Virus record (IMG/VR): IMGVR_UViG_3300010376_000038
Coordinates: 1-57,490 of that record
Origin: a virus
Taxonomy: Duplodnaviria; Caudoviricetes
Strand: one strand, 5' to 3'
Length of the DNA: 57,490 nt
Part shown: positions 1-8,765 of the stretch, piece by piece
How the letters are laid out: each line of letters opens with the position of its first letter
Position numbering within the stretch: position 1 is the first letter of the stretch
Notes under the pieces: model-generated
What the model saw: the letters and a program-made list of their open reading frames with translations, nothing else
The model's database searches: none
Told to the model about the DNA's origin: nothing
Made by a program: the position numbers and the translations under genes

Positions 1-243
1 GCGCCAGCGGGCCGCTGTGGGGGGCTTGAGGCCCCGCAGATGGATGCGGCGCTGTGATATGGCGTCCTGGGGCAGGCTGTAGAGATCCAGCCTGTTGGAC
101 TCGCTCTCGCTGGCAGGCCAGCACAGGTCGTATCGGAGCATGTCGAAGGGGAAGACACCTCTCCCCTCCACAGTGAAGGGGATGGCATTCTGCGCCGCCT
201 CGATGAGCTTGTCCTTCTGGCGTGCGGTGAGCTTGGTGGTCAT
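1..243 (-). CDS. Hypothetical phage protein, runs off the window edge
   Basis: Hand-translated from ATG at 243: MTTKLTARQKDKLIEAAQNAIPFTVEGRGVFPFDMLRYDLCWP...PTAARWR; no stop before position 1; abuts the ArdC stop. Confidence 0.75.
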   Translation of the reverse strand, partial: MTTKLTARQKDKLIEAAQNAIPFTVEGRGVFPFDMLRYDLCWPASESESNRLDLYSLPQDAISQRRIHLRGLKPPTAARWR

Positions 244-244
244 G

Positions 245-1381
245 TCAGTCACCTCCTTCCTGGGTCTCGTTCTCCTGGGTGCCCTCATCCTTGCCAGCGA
301 TGCGGTCGACCGCCTTGCTGGCCTGGCTGGCAGCCTTGCTGATGAGGTGCTTGTCGTTCTTGAGGGCCTCCAGCCAGTGCTTGATGTAGGCCACGCTGTT
401 GTTGAAGGTGGCCTCCTGGGCGATCCCAGCGATGCCACAGAGGAATGCGGCCCCGATCTCCGCGACCAGTTCCTCAAACGAGTACACCTCGTCACCGAAG
501 GCTCCGAAGGTGCCCTTCATGACGCCCTCACGGGCCTCACGGGACTCGTGGCCGGTGCTGTGGGTCAACTCGTGGTACAGGGTGCTGTAATAGCCCTCAG
601 CGCTCTTGAAGTCAGCGAAGGCTGGCATCTGCACATGGTCAGCAGAGGGCCGGTAGAACGCCTGGGAGCCGCCGTGACCCAGCGAGGGGCCGTTCTCCAG
701 GTAGCTGGCGACCAGGGCCTCAGCGACCTCGATGGGGGTCTTGTCGTCCACCTGGGGCGCAGGAGCCTGGGGAATGCCCTTGCAGCCCTCAGGGAACTCT
801 GCCTGGTCAGCGTTGTACACATGGTGGACAACGGGGAACCGCACGGTCTCCATGACGGGCGTGCCGTCCTTCTTGAGCACCACGTTGCCAGCGGCGTCCT
901 TCTTCGGGCGGGGCTTGGTCTCCACCCAGCGCTGCACGATGGTGGAGGTCTCACCCTTGCGGACTCCACGCGGCGTGGGATCCTTGGTGCCATCCTCCAG
1001 GTCAGGCGAGACCCAGAAGTGGCCCTTGCCACCTGGGCGGGCGATCTTGATCAGGCCAGCGCGCTCAGCGATCTCGTCGTAGGTGCCCCAGTACTTGGAG
1101 GTGTAGCCCTTGAGCATGGCGGTGACCCAGAGCATGAGCACGTTGCCCCCGCCGTAGCGCTTGAGCGTGCTCAGCGAGACGGGCATGTCGCCGCCCTCAG
1201 CGCTGACCCAGTCCTTCTGCCAGGGCAGGATCACGAGTTCGCCAGCCTCAGCAGCGACCAGGCATTCCTCCAGGGCAGCGACAATGACAGCGTTCTGCTC
1301 GTCGCGGGGGTCACGCCGAACCTTCTCGACGGCGTTGGCCTTGGGCTGGATACGGGACTTGGACTTGGTTGTGGTAGCCAT
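245..1381 (-). CDS. ardC: ArdC-like antirestriction protein (ssDNA-binding domain plus zincin-like metallopeptidase)
   Basis: LPW..., YGGGNVLMLW, GVRKGETST, AFYRPSADHVQMP, zincin motif TLYHELTHSTGH, YSFEELVAEIGAAFLC; start moved to ATG 1381, which has TATAGT 7 nt upstream. Confidence 0.88.
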   Translation of the reverse strand: MATTTKSKSRIQPKANAVEKVRRDPRDEQNAVIVAALEECLVAAEAGELVILPWQKDWVSAEGGDMPVSLSTLKRYGGGNVLMLWVTAMLKGYTSKYWGTYDEIAERAGLIKIARPGGKGHFWVSPDLEDGTKDPTPRGVRKGETSTIVQRWVETKPRPKKDAAGNVVLKKDGTPVMETVRFPVVHHVYNADQAEFPEGCKGIPQAPAPQVDDKTPIEVAEALVASYLENGPSLGHGGSQAFYRPSADHVQMPAFADFKSAEGYYSTLYHELTHSTGHESREAREGVMKGTFGAFGDEVYSFEELVAEIGAAFLCGIAGIAQEATFNNSVAYIKHWLEALKNDKHLISKAASQASKAVDRIAGKDEGTQENETQEGGD

Positions 1382-1418
1382 GGAGATCACTATACACCCA
1401 TCTGCTCGCACATACATG

Positions 1419-1613
1419 TCACCTACGCTGATTTCTTTGTCGGCCCTTGCTGGAGAAGGCGCGACGGTTGCCGATGTGAAAGCACCCGCACCACCCACAC
1501 TTGAAGGCATAGGTGTACGCACCCTTGGTTCGCATGCCGTGCGCGGCAGCAGAGGCAGTACGCCTGGTGGCGTACTGCCTCTTGCCGGTCAGGCAGTCAC
1601 TGCCCTCTGTCAT
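1419..1613 (-). CDS. Small Cys/His zinc-binding phage protein
   Basis: C..GKRQY and FKCGWCGCFH; packed between neighbours. Confidence 0.7.
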   Translation of the reverse strand: MTEGSDCLTGKRQYATRRTASAAAHGMRTKGAYTYAFKCGWCGCFHIGNRRAFSSKGRQRNQRR

Positions 1614-1614
1614 G

Positions 1615-2589
1615 TCACACGGGGCAGTCGTCCACCACGCTCACTGCGTCGCGGACACCGTCGAGCCACTCTGAGATCTGCTCTTCAGTCGGCTCCTCAC
1701 CCTCAACCTGGCCTGTGCCCTCGCACTCCATGCAGTCGATCTCTTCTTCGGAGTTCTCCAGGGCCTCGATGTTGGATCGCAGATTGTTCTTGGTCATCTG
1801 GATCTCAGCCTTCAGCTTCTTGCTGATCTCGACACCCAGGTCGGTCTTGTCAGCCCAGGACCGCACCCACTGCTTGACCAGGGAGTGGAGGTGAGTCTTG
1901 TCAGCCTCGACGTCCTCGATCAGTTGAGTGTGCTCCTCGTTCTCGACTTGACCTGCACCGTCGCACTGCTCGCAGTCCACCTCCTCCACCTCTGGGTAGT
2001 CAGGGACGTCGGCACCCTCGATGTCATCGGCCCACTGGCTCAGTTGCTCTGCGGTCTCGCGTAGCTCCTCTGACATCTGGGTCTCGTGACCGAAACCATC
2101 CTCGATGTTCTGGGCACCCTCTTCCTTCTCCTCAGCCAGTTCACGCACCTGGGAGGCAACGTCCTCCAGCCAGGAGGTCACATCGTCCTGGGACTCAAAC
2201 GTGGTGTTGTCGAAGGTCTCCCATGCCTCGTGCTGGATCTGAGCCAGACGGGCCGACATGCTGGAGGAGTACTCCCAGACCTGCCAGTTGGGGCATGACT
2301 CGCACCGGTACAGGGTGCGCCCACCGTAGGGGCCTGACTTGGGTGACGTGTGCTTGTAGGGGTCTCCCACCTTGATCTCGACGCCGCACTTGCCGCACTT
2401 GCGGTTGGGCAGGGGCTTGGTCTTGTCGTTGATGGTCACGGTCATGAAGATGGGCTTGCCGCGCTTGGTCATCCGCTGCTTGCCATTCCGCATGACGGGG
2501 GTCTGCTTGGGTTGTCCTGTCTCGGGATCGATGACAGGGACGGTCTCGTAGCGCTGTTGCGCGTGCTTGACGTGGGTGATCTTTGCCAT
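1615..2589 (-). CDS. Acidic protein with several CxxC motifs, including DnaJ-like CxxCxGxG
   Basis: CGKC, CESC, CEQCDGAG, CMECEGTG. Confidence 0.8.
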   Translation of the reverse strand: MAKITHVKHAQQRYETVPVIDPETGQPKQTPVMRNGKQRMTKRGKPIFMTVTINDKTKPLPNRKCGKCGVEIKVGDPYKHTSPKSGPYGGRTLYRCESCPNWQVWEYSSSMSARLAQIQHEAWETFDNTTFESQDDVTSWLEDVASQVRELAEEKEEGAQNIEDGFGHETQMSEELRETAEQLSQWADDIEGADVPDYPEVEEVDCEQCDGAGQVENEEHTQLIEDVEADKTHLHSLVKQWVRSWADKTDLGVEISKKLKAEIQMTKNNLRSNIEALENSEEEIDCMECEGTGQVEGEEPTEEQISEWLDGVRDAVSVVDDCPV

Positions 2590-2592
2590 GTC

Positions 2593-2895
2593 TCAGGCGT
2601 CCTTTCCGGGAACATCGGCTGCTGTCCATTTCTGGTCGGCAGGCCAGTTGGTGTTGTGTGCGATCAGTCGGCACTTGCGGCATGTGGCCGCGACGCCCGA
2701 CACGGTCTCATCCCCGAAGGAGAGGCCCTCCAGGCTCTGACCGCACAGGGTCTTGCCCAGGTCGCCCCAGGGGATGTCGTTGACTGCGTCAGCCAGGTGG
2801 ATGGTGGTCTCGTCCTCATCGATCAGGTGATCGTGGAGGCCCTTGCTGACGTACACGTAAAAGGTGGTCATGTTGGTGGTAGCTCCTTGTGCCAT
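2593..2895 (-). CDS. Hypothetical protein
   Basis: ORF with TATACT 7 nt upstream of ATG; TLCG and TCRKC motifs. Confidence 0.7.
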   Translation of the reverse strand: MAQGATTNMTTFYVYVSKGLHDHLIDEDETTIHLADAVNDIPWGDLGKTLCGQSLEGLSFGDETVSGVAATCRKCRLIAHNTNWPADQKWTAADVPGKDA

Positions 2896-2932
2896 TGGGG
2901 TGAGTATATCAGGGTGAGCAGGTGTATGTGGG

Positions 2933-3265
2933 TCAGGTCAGGTCGTTTTCGTTGACCTCAGTGCCACCGCAGTCGACGCACCGGTCGTTCTCCCAGTACT
3001 TGCAGCCGCAATAGCACCGGTCGCAGCCCTCGACCCTGACCCGGTTGCCCCGGCTGTCAGGGATGCTGTAGGGCACCTGATCGATGCCCTCTGGCATGGG
3101 ATGAGGCTCGCACTCAGAGCACAGGAAGCGCCCGCTGCGGGCGTCAAAGCGGATGACAGCGCCCTCAGGAGGCAGGTCAATGGAGGCGAGGCAGGCGTCG
3201 GTCATGACGAGGCAGTTCTCGCACCACTTGCCCTCGCCATCATCGGTCTCAAAGGGGATGCTCAT
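2933..3265 (-). CDS. Cys-rich hypothetical protein
   Basis: CENC, CSEC, CDRCYCGCKYW, CVDC; ATGA overlap with upstream gene. Confidence 0.7.
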   Translation of the reverse strand: MSIPFETDDGEGKWCENCLVMTDACLASIDLPPEGAVIRFDARSGRFLCSECEPHPMPEGIDQVPYSIPDSRGNRVRVEGCDRCYCGCKYWENDRCVDCGGTEVNENDLT

Positions 3266-3813
3266 GACCGCTGCTCACATGACTGCGCCAGGCGCATGCC
3301 GGTGAGGGGGCTGACGGTCAAGACCTCGCGGTCCAGGACGTACCAGTTGCCGTCACTGCCCATGGCGATGTCGCTCCGGCGCTTGAGGATCTCAGCGAGG
3401 GATTCCCAGCCCTGGATGAAGGGCTTGCCGCTGGGGTCGTAGATCCAGCCGCCTCCAGCGCCCTTGTAGCCATGGGCGGCAGCCCAGACCTTGGTTGCCT
3501 TCACGCGTCCGGAGTCACCCTTGAAGGAGCGACGGCCCGTCTTGTCACGGGCGTCTGCGTAGCCCAGGCTGATCAGCGAGGCCCAGGCGGGGTCAGAGAC
3601 ACCGCGTACTGCGTACCAGCCGACGTGGCCCACGCGACGGCGACCAGTGGCCTGTACGCCAGCCCTGCGGTCAGCCTCCAGGCGATCCCACTGCTTCTGG
3701 GCCTCGTGCCAGGTGAGAGGAGCCGACACAGCGGTGTAGCCGATGAGCCTGCGCTCGCGGTCATGCAGTGCTGCGATGACGATGTGGTGTTGGGGATTGG
3801 GTGCGGTAGCCAT
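3262..3813 (-). CDS. Hypothetical protein
   Basis: 183-aa ORF, TACACT 6 nt upstream of ATG. Confidence 0.72.
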   Translation of the reverse strand: MATAPNPQHHIVIAALHDRERRLIGYTAVSAPLTWHEAQKQWDRLEADRRAGVQATGRRRVGHVGWYAVRGVSDPAWASLISLGYADARDKTGRRSFKGDSGRVKATKVWAAAHGYKGAGGGWIYDPSGKPFIQGWESLAEILKRRSDIAMGSDGNWYVLDREVLTVSPLTGMRLAQSCEQRS

Positions 3814-3864
3814 GTGGAGAGTGTACCTCAGTTCTTGATCGGATGCATGTCAGGACGAGCGAGC

Positions 3865-4815
3865 CTATGCGGCCCGCTGCGTCCTCTCGGCGGTCAGGCG
3901 GTCAGCGGCCTCGATGATCTGGGTCATGGTGAAGCCGTCCTCACGCATCGTGTGACCAACCTCCTGCTCCAGCGCCAGGTACTCCTGGGCCAGTTCAGGG
4001 TTCAGGCTGGCCCCCAGGATGTTGTCCACCCGGCGAGCCAGGGGGCAGATGACGCAGGACAAGCGCTCCATGCCCGCGTCGTAGGCCCAGTGCCAGGGCA
4101 GGTTGTGCGCCCAGATGGTGTCCCAGACCTGCTCCTCAGTCCAGGAGAGGATGGGGTGCCAGCGCAGCACGAGCACCTTGGCGGTGTCACGCTCAACCTC
4201 GATGACGGGCTTCTTGGCCCGGTTGTCGGACTCCTCAGCGCGGAGGCCCAGGCAGTTCAGGATGCGGACCTGGCGACCCTCACGGGCGGCACGGGCCTGG
4301 ATCCGGGCAGCGATGCCTTCGACCAGGACGCGGTCCTCAGCGCTCAGGTTGGCCTCCTCGCCCCTGCGATTCACGCCAGCGAGTTCGCTGATGAGCCGCT
4401 TGATGGGCGAGGTCTTCTGGTCGGAGGTGCAGTAGCGGCTGTTGCGGTCGAACCAGGGCGTCTGCTCAGGCTTGCCCTCAGCGAGCAGCTTGGCGCGACG
4501 GTTGCGGACCTGGGTGGGGAGATCCTCCAGGTAGCGAGCCTCACGGTTCTTGTTGCCCTTGTCCCAGGTGCCCCGGCGCATCACAGCGACCACAGGGACA
4601 TTCAGCACAGCGCCCTGGGTGACAGCCAGTTCCCTGGTGCCCTCCCACTCGGAGCGCTCCAGGTCAGCATGCACGCCCAGGAGGATGGCATCAGGGCCGA
4701 AGGTGCCCTGGGCCTGGAGGTCGTACAGGTGGGCGAGCATGGCTTCAGAGTCCTTGCCCGCAGAGGTGTTGACCAGCACCACGTCAGTGGTCAGGTCAAG
4801 TTCGTCATGTGCCAT
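3865..4815 (-). CDS. Phosphoadenosine phosphosulfate (PAPS) reductase family protein
   Basis: PP-loop TSAGKDS, RYCTSDQKTSP, GLRAEES..RA, HPILSWT, AY..GMERLSCVIC; start reassigned to MAHDEL at 4815. Confidence 0.88.
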   Translation of the reverse strand: MAHDELDLTTDVVLVNTSAGKDSEAMLAHLYDLQAQGTFGPDAILLGVHADLERSEWEGTRELAVTQGAVLNVPVVAVMRRGTWDKGNKNREARYLEDLPTQVRNRRAKLLAEGKPEQTPWFDRNSRYCTSDQKTSPIKRLISELAGVNRRGEEANLSAEDRVLVEGIAARIQARAAREGRQVRILNCLGLRAEESDNRAKKPVIEVERDTAKVLVLRWHPILSWTEEQVWDTIWAHNLPWHWAYDAGMERLSCVICPLARRVDNILGASLNPELAQEYLALEQEVGHTMREDGFTMTQIIEAADRLTAERTQRAA

Positions 4816-4930
4816 GCAGGCATGGTACAGGGTAAGTGCTCGCAGTGGCATGTCACCCCCCTGTGACATCGGTCACACGCACATGCTCACATTGGCATGC
4901 TGAACCCTGCTGGATTGCCCTGAGAGGCCC

Positions 4931-5005
4931 CTGTGCGCCTCTGTGAGGCTCGCTACCCCTGCGCGGCACCAACCATCGCAGGCAGAGCCTCACAGAGGCA
5001 CACAG
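4931..5005. repeat. Long inverted repeat (21-bp arms) in the divergent intergenic region
   Basis: ctgtgcgcctctgtgaggctc (4931-4951) pairs with gagcctcacagaggcacacag (4985-5005), one mismatch; inner cctgcg/cgcagg stem. Confidence 0.85.
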
Positions 5006-5201
5006 AGGAAATGAGTGTCGGCTCACCAAGCCAAAAAGCCTTACGTGGCAAGGGAAATCTGCCATTCCAGGGGTGTACACGAGTGCTCGCACTTATATGT
5101 GCATGTGCTGCATTTCATGTTCTCACGCAGCACAGAGCCTGTGACGCATGTCACACAATCCTGATGCCCACATGCCAATGCGAGCATGTACCTTGACTGC
5201 C

Positions 5202-5510
5202 ATGACCGATTCACCCGCAACCCTGTTGGCTCAGGAGGTGCGCCGCGCCAGGGCTGTTGTCCTCAACGACATCAGCAACCGTCGCTACCACCCCAGCTAC
5301 GGCTACACGAAGACCCAACTCCGCAAGGACTGGGACCGGTTCGTGAGCCTGGCCCATGCCTACTCCATCACCTTCCAGGACGGTGGGGCCAATGACATCA
5401 TCAACGCCCAGGACGCCTGTGACGCCCTGGACATCAGCTACCACGAACTGGAGGAACTTGTCCGCTCGTCTCTGACCGATCCCTTCAACACCCCCATCTC
5501 GCAGTCATGA
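5202..5510 (+). CDS. Hypothetical protein
   Basis: MTDSPATLLAQ...; TACCTT 7 nt upstream of ATG. Confidence 0.75.
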   Translation: MTDSPATLLAQEVRRARAVVLNDISNRRYHPSYGYTKTQLRKDWDRFVSLAHAYSITFQDGGANDIINAQDACDALDISYHELEELVRSSLTDPFNTPISQS

Positions 5511-5785
5511 CCACCACCCAGCCCACCTGGGATGAGGTCATGGCACCCATGCGTGACACGTCCCTCTGGCCCTACATCCGCCAGGCAGCCGAGACCATCC
5601 TGGTCAACCGTCTGCATGACATGGGTGACTACGGCTCGGGGATCTCCTCATCCGACATCAACCACACAGTCTTCGGCTACGCCAAGGAGGTATTCACCAA
5701 CCCAGACATCTGCCCAGGTTCCGACTACCCAGGCCGCGTGCTCCGGCACATGGTTCACAACGGAGGAGGTGAGGCCAGACGCTGA
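5507..5785 (+). CDS. Hypothetical protein
   Basis: ATGA overlap with previous gene. Confidence 0.72.
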   Translation: MTTTQPTWDEVMAPMRDTSLWPYIRQAAETILVNRLHDMGDYGSGISSSDINHTVFGYAKEVFTNPDICPGSDYPGRVLRHMVHNGGGEARR

Positions 5786-5806
5786 CCCACCCACATACCA
5801 AGGGAT

Positions 5807-5836
5807 CCGCATGCATGTGACGTGACATGCATGCGG
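5807..5836. repeat. Intergenic palindrome, 12-bp arms
   Basis: ccgcatgcatgt-gacgtg-acatgcatgcgg. Confidence 0.85.
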
Positions 5837-5887
5837 GTCTCGACTACGCTTCCCCCCGCTACCACACAACCGAACAGAGGTTCCCCG

Positions 5888-6199
5888 ATGTACCCCAACT
5901 CCGCAACCACCTACAAGCTGCCCTTCGATGACAGGATCCGCGTGTCCTCACGCTGTGCCTTCGTACTCGTGCGTCAGTTCAACGAGACCGACTCCAAGCC
6001 CTTCATCGTTCGCCGCTCGGACAACCGGGCCACCCTGGAGAAGCTGTTCGACCCCGCCACCGACTACCTGATTGACCAGACGCGTGGCCTGGTGACCTAC
6101 TCCTTCAACGGCAAGCTGGAGGTCTTCGATGGCATCGAGGGCAAGCACGTCTACTACGGCCCTGGCCCCTTCACCTCTGTCAGCAGCCAGGCTCAGTGA
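5888..6199 (+). CDS. Hypothetical protein
   Basis: MYPNSATTYKLP...; GAGG upstream. Confidence 0.72.
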   Translation: MYPNSATTYKLPFDDRIRVSSRCAFVLVRQFNETDSKPFIVRRSDNRATLEKLFDPATDYLIDQTRGLVTYSFNGKLEVFDGIEGKHVYYGPGPFTSVSSQAQ

Positions 6200-6366
6200 T
6201 GGCTGACGTGTGGGCATGGATGGACCCAGGAGACGGCACCCTGGTGCCTGTCCAGGTGCTGGGCCGTTCGCTGTGGCCTGGCACCTGGAGGGTGCGTGAC
6301 CATGAGGGCAATACGCACCTCGTGTATGCCCTCCTGGATAACCAGGGGAACGTGTGGAAGCCATGA
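6199..6366 (+). CDS. Small hypothetical protein (55 aa), not in the ORF track
   Basis: MADVWAWMDPGDGTLVPVQVLGRSLWPGTWRVRDHEGNTHLVYALLDNQGNVWKP; TGATG and ATGA coupling at the two ends. Confidence 0.7.
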   Translation: MADVWAWMDPGDGTLVPVQVLGRSLWPGTWRVRDHEGNTHLVYALLDNQGNVWKP

Positions 6367-6638
6367 GCAAGCGCGACTTCCCCAGCTACGAGATGTACAC
6401 CCAGGAGGGTGACGTGGCTGTCCACCGCATGGTGACATGCATCGTGACTGACCTGAACCTGGGTCGCATTCGCCGCCTGGAGCTACCGGGCCGCATCCGC
6501 CAGGGATGTGACTGGGTGGCTGACCAGGCTGGGCACAAGGAGGTCTTCGACACTGAGCCTCAGGTGCTCATCACCGCCGCGATCAACCGGGCCGCTGAGG
6601 CCCAAGGCTGGCAGCCTGTCAGCCGCTGGGACTGGTGA
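6363..6638 (+). CDS. Hypothetical protein
   Basis: MSKRDFPSYEMY...; ATGA coupling. Confidence 0.72.
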   Translation: MSKRDFPSYEMYTQEGDVAVHRMVTCIVTDLNLGRIRRLELPGRIRQGCDWVADQAGHKEVFDTEPQVLITAAINRAAEAQGWQPVSRWDW

Positions 6639-6653
6639 GGGGAGGTGAATCAC

Positions 6654-6824
6654 ATGTTCGTCATTCTTGGCTGGAACAGCAACAACAACGTGGCCCTGGC
6701 TGGCACCGCCACTGGCAAGCCCTTCGCCAGTGAAGACGCTGCCCGCAAGATGGCTCGCCGCCTGGAGGAGGCTCACCCCACCGTGAGCTACCTCGTGCTG
6801 GCAATCGAGCCTGCCGACATCTAG
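6654..6824 (+). CDS. Small hypothetical protein (56 aa), not in the ORF track
   Basis: GGAGGT RBS; MFVILGWNSNNNVALAGTATGKPFASEDAARKMARRLEEAHPTVSYLVLAIEPADI. Confidence 0.72.
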   Translation: MFVILGWNSNNNVALAGTATGKPFASEDAARKMARRLEEAHPTVSYLVLAIEPADI

Positions 6825-7026
6825 AGGCTTCCCTCCCCGTCAGGGGCGCGGGTGGAGGGAGTGGCGCATGTCACATGGGGGTGCTCACACTCCCATGTGG
6901 CGTGCGACTAGCATGCCTCCCGTGACCCCCGTTGGGACTCCGAGACTGGACGACCCCTGAAACATGACCGAAAAAAATCCGCCGCCCGACACCACATGGG
7001 AGTGCTCGCTCCTGTACCCTGGGGCC

Positions 7027-8010
7027 ATGGCACATGACATGACCCCAGAAGAGCAGGACGCCATCTACAACGGCATGGTGGAAATCGCCATTCGCTGTGA
7101 TGGTGCCCAGAGCAAGGACTACAAGGGCTTCAACGGTGTAGACACCCACTACGGTCGCCGCATCGCCAAGGCTCCTCGTGACCAGTGGACCCCTGAGATC
7201 TTCGCTGAGTGCGCCCACATCATCCTGAAGTACCGGGAGCAGGTACTGGCCTACACGGGGGTCGATGTCGGCACCCTCCAGGCTGTCAAGGACGCCCAGG
7301 ACAACGGCACCAACTACGCCGCTCGTGACCAGGCCCGCCGTTTTGAGCAGGTTGACAAGTACCGGGCCGAACGCCGCGTCGATGTGGTCCCCCACCCGGT
7401 CACCCGCAAGCCTGTCCTGGGCATCTTCTACGCCAAGAAAGACCCGGACTTCAGCACCTTCCTCCCCCGGTGCCAGGCCCTGCCCGGACGCAAGTTCGAC
7501 TGGGACCGCAAGTGCAACTCGGTCTTCGTCTCGGACGAGGCTCAGGCATTCATCCAGGAGTTTGACTTCACCGTCTCCGACGCCGCTCGTGCCCTCCTGG
7601 AGACGCCTCGCACCGCTCCCCAGGCCCCGGCCCGCCCTGCTGAGATCAACGTCGACCCCACCGCCCCTGGCAAGGTCTTCATCAAGACTGACAAGACCGC
7701 ATCCGGTCCCGCCAACAGCGCGGTGCGTGACCTGCCTGGCCGCTGGTTCGACCGTGGCCGGTATGGCAACCAGGCTGACGCCACGCCCGCTGTCGTCGCC
7801 TTCGCCCGCACGTATGACATCGTGATCAGCCCTGAGGCTGAGGCCCTGTGTGGGACCGCTCAGGCTGCCCAGGAGGCCCCCATGGGAGGGGCCATGAGCC
7901 AGGAGGATCTCAACCTGATGATGGGTGAGGTCAGCCGCTGTGGCAGCCCTGACGACCTGCCTGAGGTCTTCGTCACCATGTTCGCCCGTCTCGTGGCTGG
8001 GGAGGAGTGA
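7027..8010 (+). CDS. HARP-like repeat protein resembling the N-terminal part of phage SNF2/SMARCAL1-type helicases
   Basis: CDGAQSKDYKGFNGVD domain plus two LPGR[KW]FD repeats; start reassigned to MAHDMT. Confidence 0.6.
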   Translation: MAHDMTPEEQDAIYNGMVEIAIRCDGAQSKDYKGFNGVDTHYGRRIAKAPRDQWTPEIFAECAHIILKYREQVLAYTGVDVGTLQAVKDAQDNGTNYAARDQARRFEQVDKYRAERRVDVVPHPVTRKPVLGIFYAKKDPDFSTFLPRCQALPGRKFDWDRKCNSVFVSDEAQAFIQEFDFTVSDAARALLETPRTAPQAPARPAEINVDPTAPGKVFIKTDKTASGPANSAVRDLPGRWFDRGRYGNQADATPAVVAFARTYDIVISPEAEALCGTAQAAQEAPMGGAMSQEDLNLMMGEVSRCGSPDDLPEVFVTMFARLVAGEE

Positions 8011-8249
8011 TGAGCTACCGCCGAGACGGTGGGCATCCCCTGGGTGGCACGTACCGCACCCTGGCCTCTGGTCGCCGCGTCTGGATCGATGACAGGGGCA
8101 TCGCCCACCTCGTGTCCTCTCAGGGCAACGTCTCAGGCTCGCTCCAGGACTACGAGCCTGAGGATCCCCGCATCGAGAGGGCTGAGTACGAACGTGATCA
8201 CCCTGAGCCTGATGAGGCCCTGGAATGGGGAGGGCTGGATCTGCCATGA
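8010..8249 (+). CDS. Hypothetical protein
   Basis: TGATG coupling, GGAGGAG RBS. Confidence 0.65.
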   Translation: MSYRRDGGHPLGGTYRTLASGRRVWIDDRGIAHLVSSQGNVSGSLQDYEPEDPRIERAEYERDHPEPDEALEWGGLDLP

Positions 8250-8710
8250 ATCAGACCTACTGGGATGAGCCAGATGTGGCATGCATGCCCTGTCGAGGGC
8301 GCGGCTGGATCCTCCAGGAGGACACCAGTGGCATGCCCAGGGAGCAGGTGCCATGTCCCTACTGCAAGGGCCGTCAGAACAGCCTGTGGGTCTCTGAGAG
8401 ACGCTCCAGGGCACAGGTGCGGTCCCAGGTGCATCGTCGCCTCTGGTGGCTCCTGGGGATCGTGATCCTGGTGCATCTGGCTGTGCCCATGCCCAGCCTG
8501 CTGTACGCCGCTGTGTGGCTGCCCTGGATCGCCCTACGGATCTGGGCACCCAGGTGGCTGCTGTGGCCCCGTGGGTACCTCCTGCCCCAGATCAGGAGGC
8601 CCAGGCATGCTCCTGGGTTCACCGACCAGAGGGAGGTCAACGCCCTGACCATGTTCGGTGCTGCTGTGGGCCTGAAGAGTGCCTGGGACAGCCACCGCAG
8701 GAGGCCATGA
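8246..8710 (+). CDS. Membrane protein with DnaJ-like zinc finger
   Basis: CMPCRGRG and CPYCKGR followed by two hydrophobic segments. Confidence 0.7.
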   Translation: MNQTYWDEPDVACMPCRGRGWILQEDTSGMPREQVPCPYCKGRQNSLWVSERRSRAQVRSQVHRRLWWLLGIVILVHLAVPMPSLLYAAVWLPWIALRIWAPRWLLWPRGYLLPQIRRPRHAPGFTDQREVNALTMFGAAVGLKSAWDSHRRRP

Positions 8711-8765
8711 AAAAATGCCTGTTCTGACCCCACATACGAGTGCTCGCTCCTGTAGCATGGTGCCC

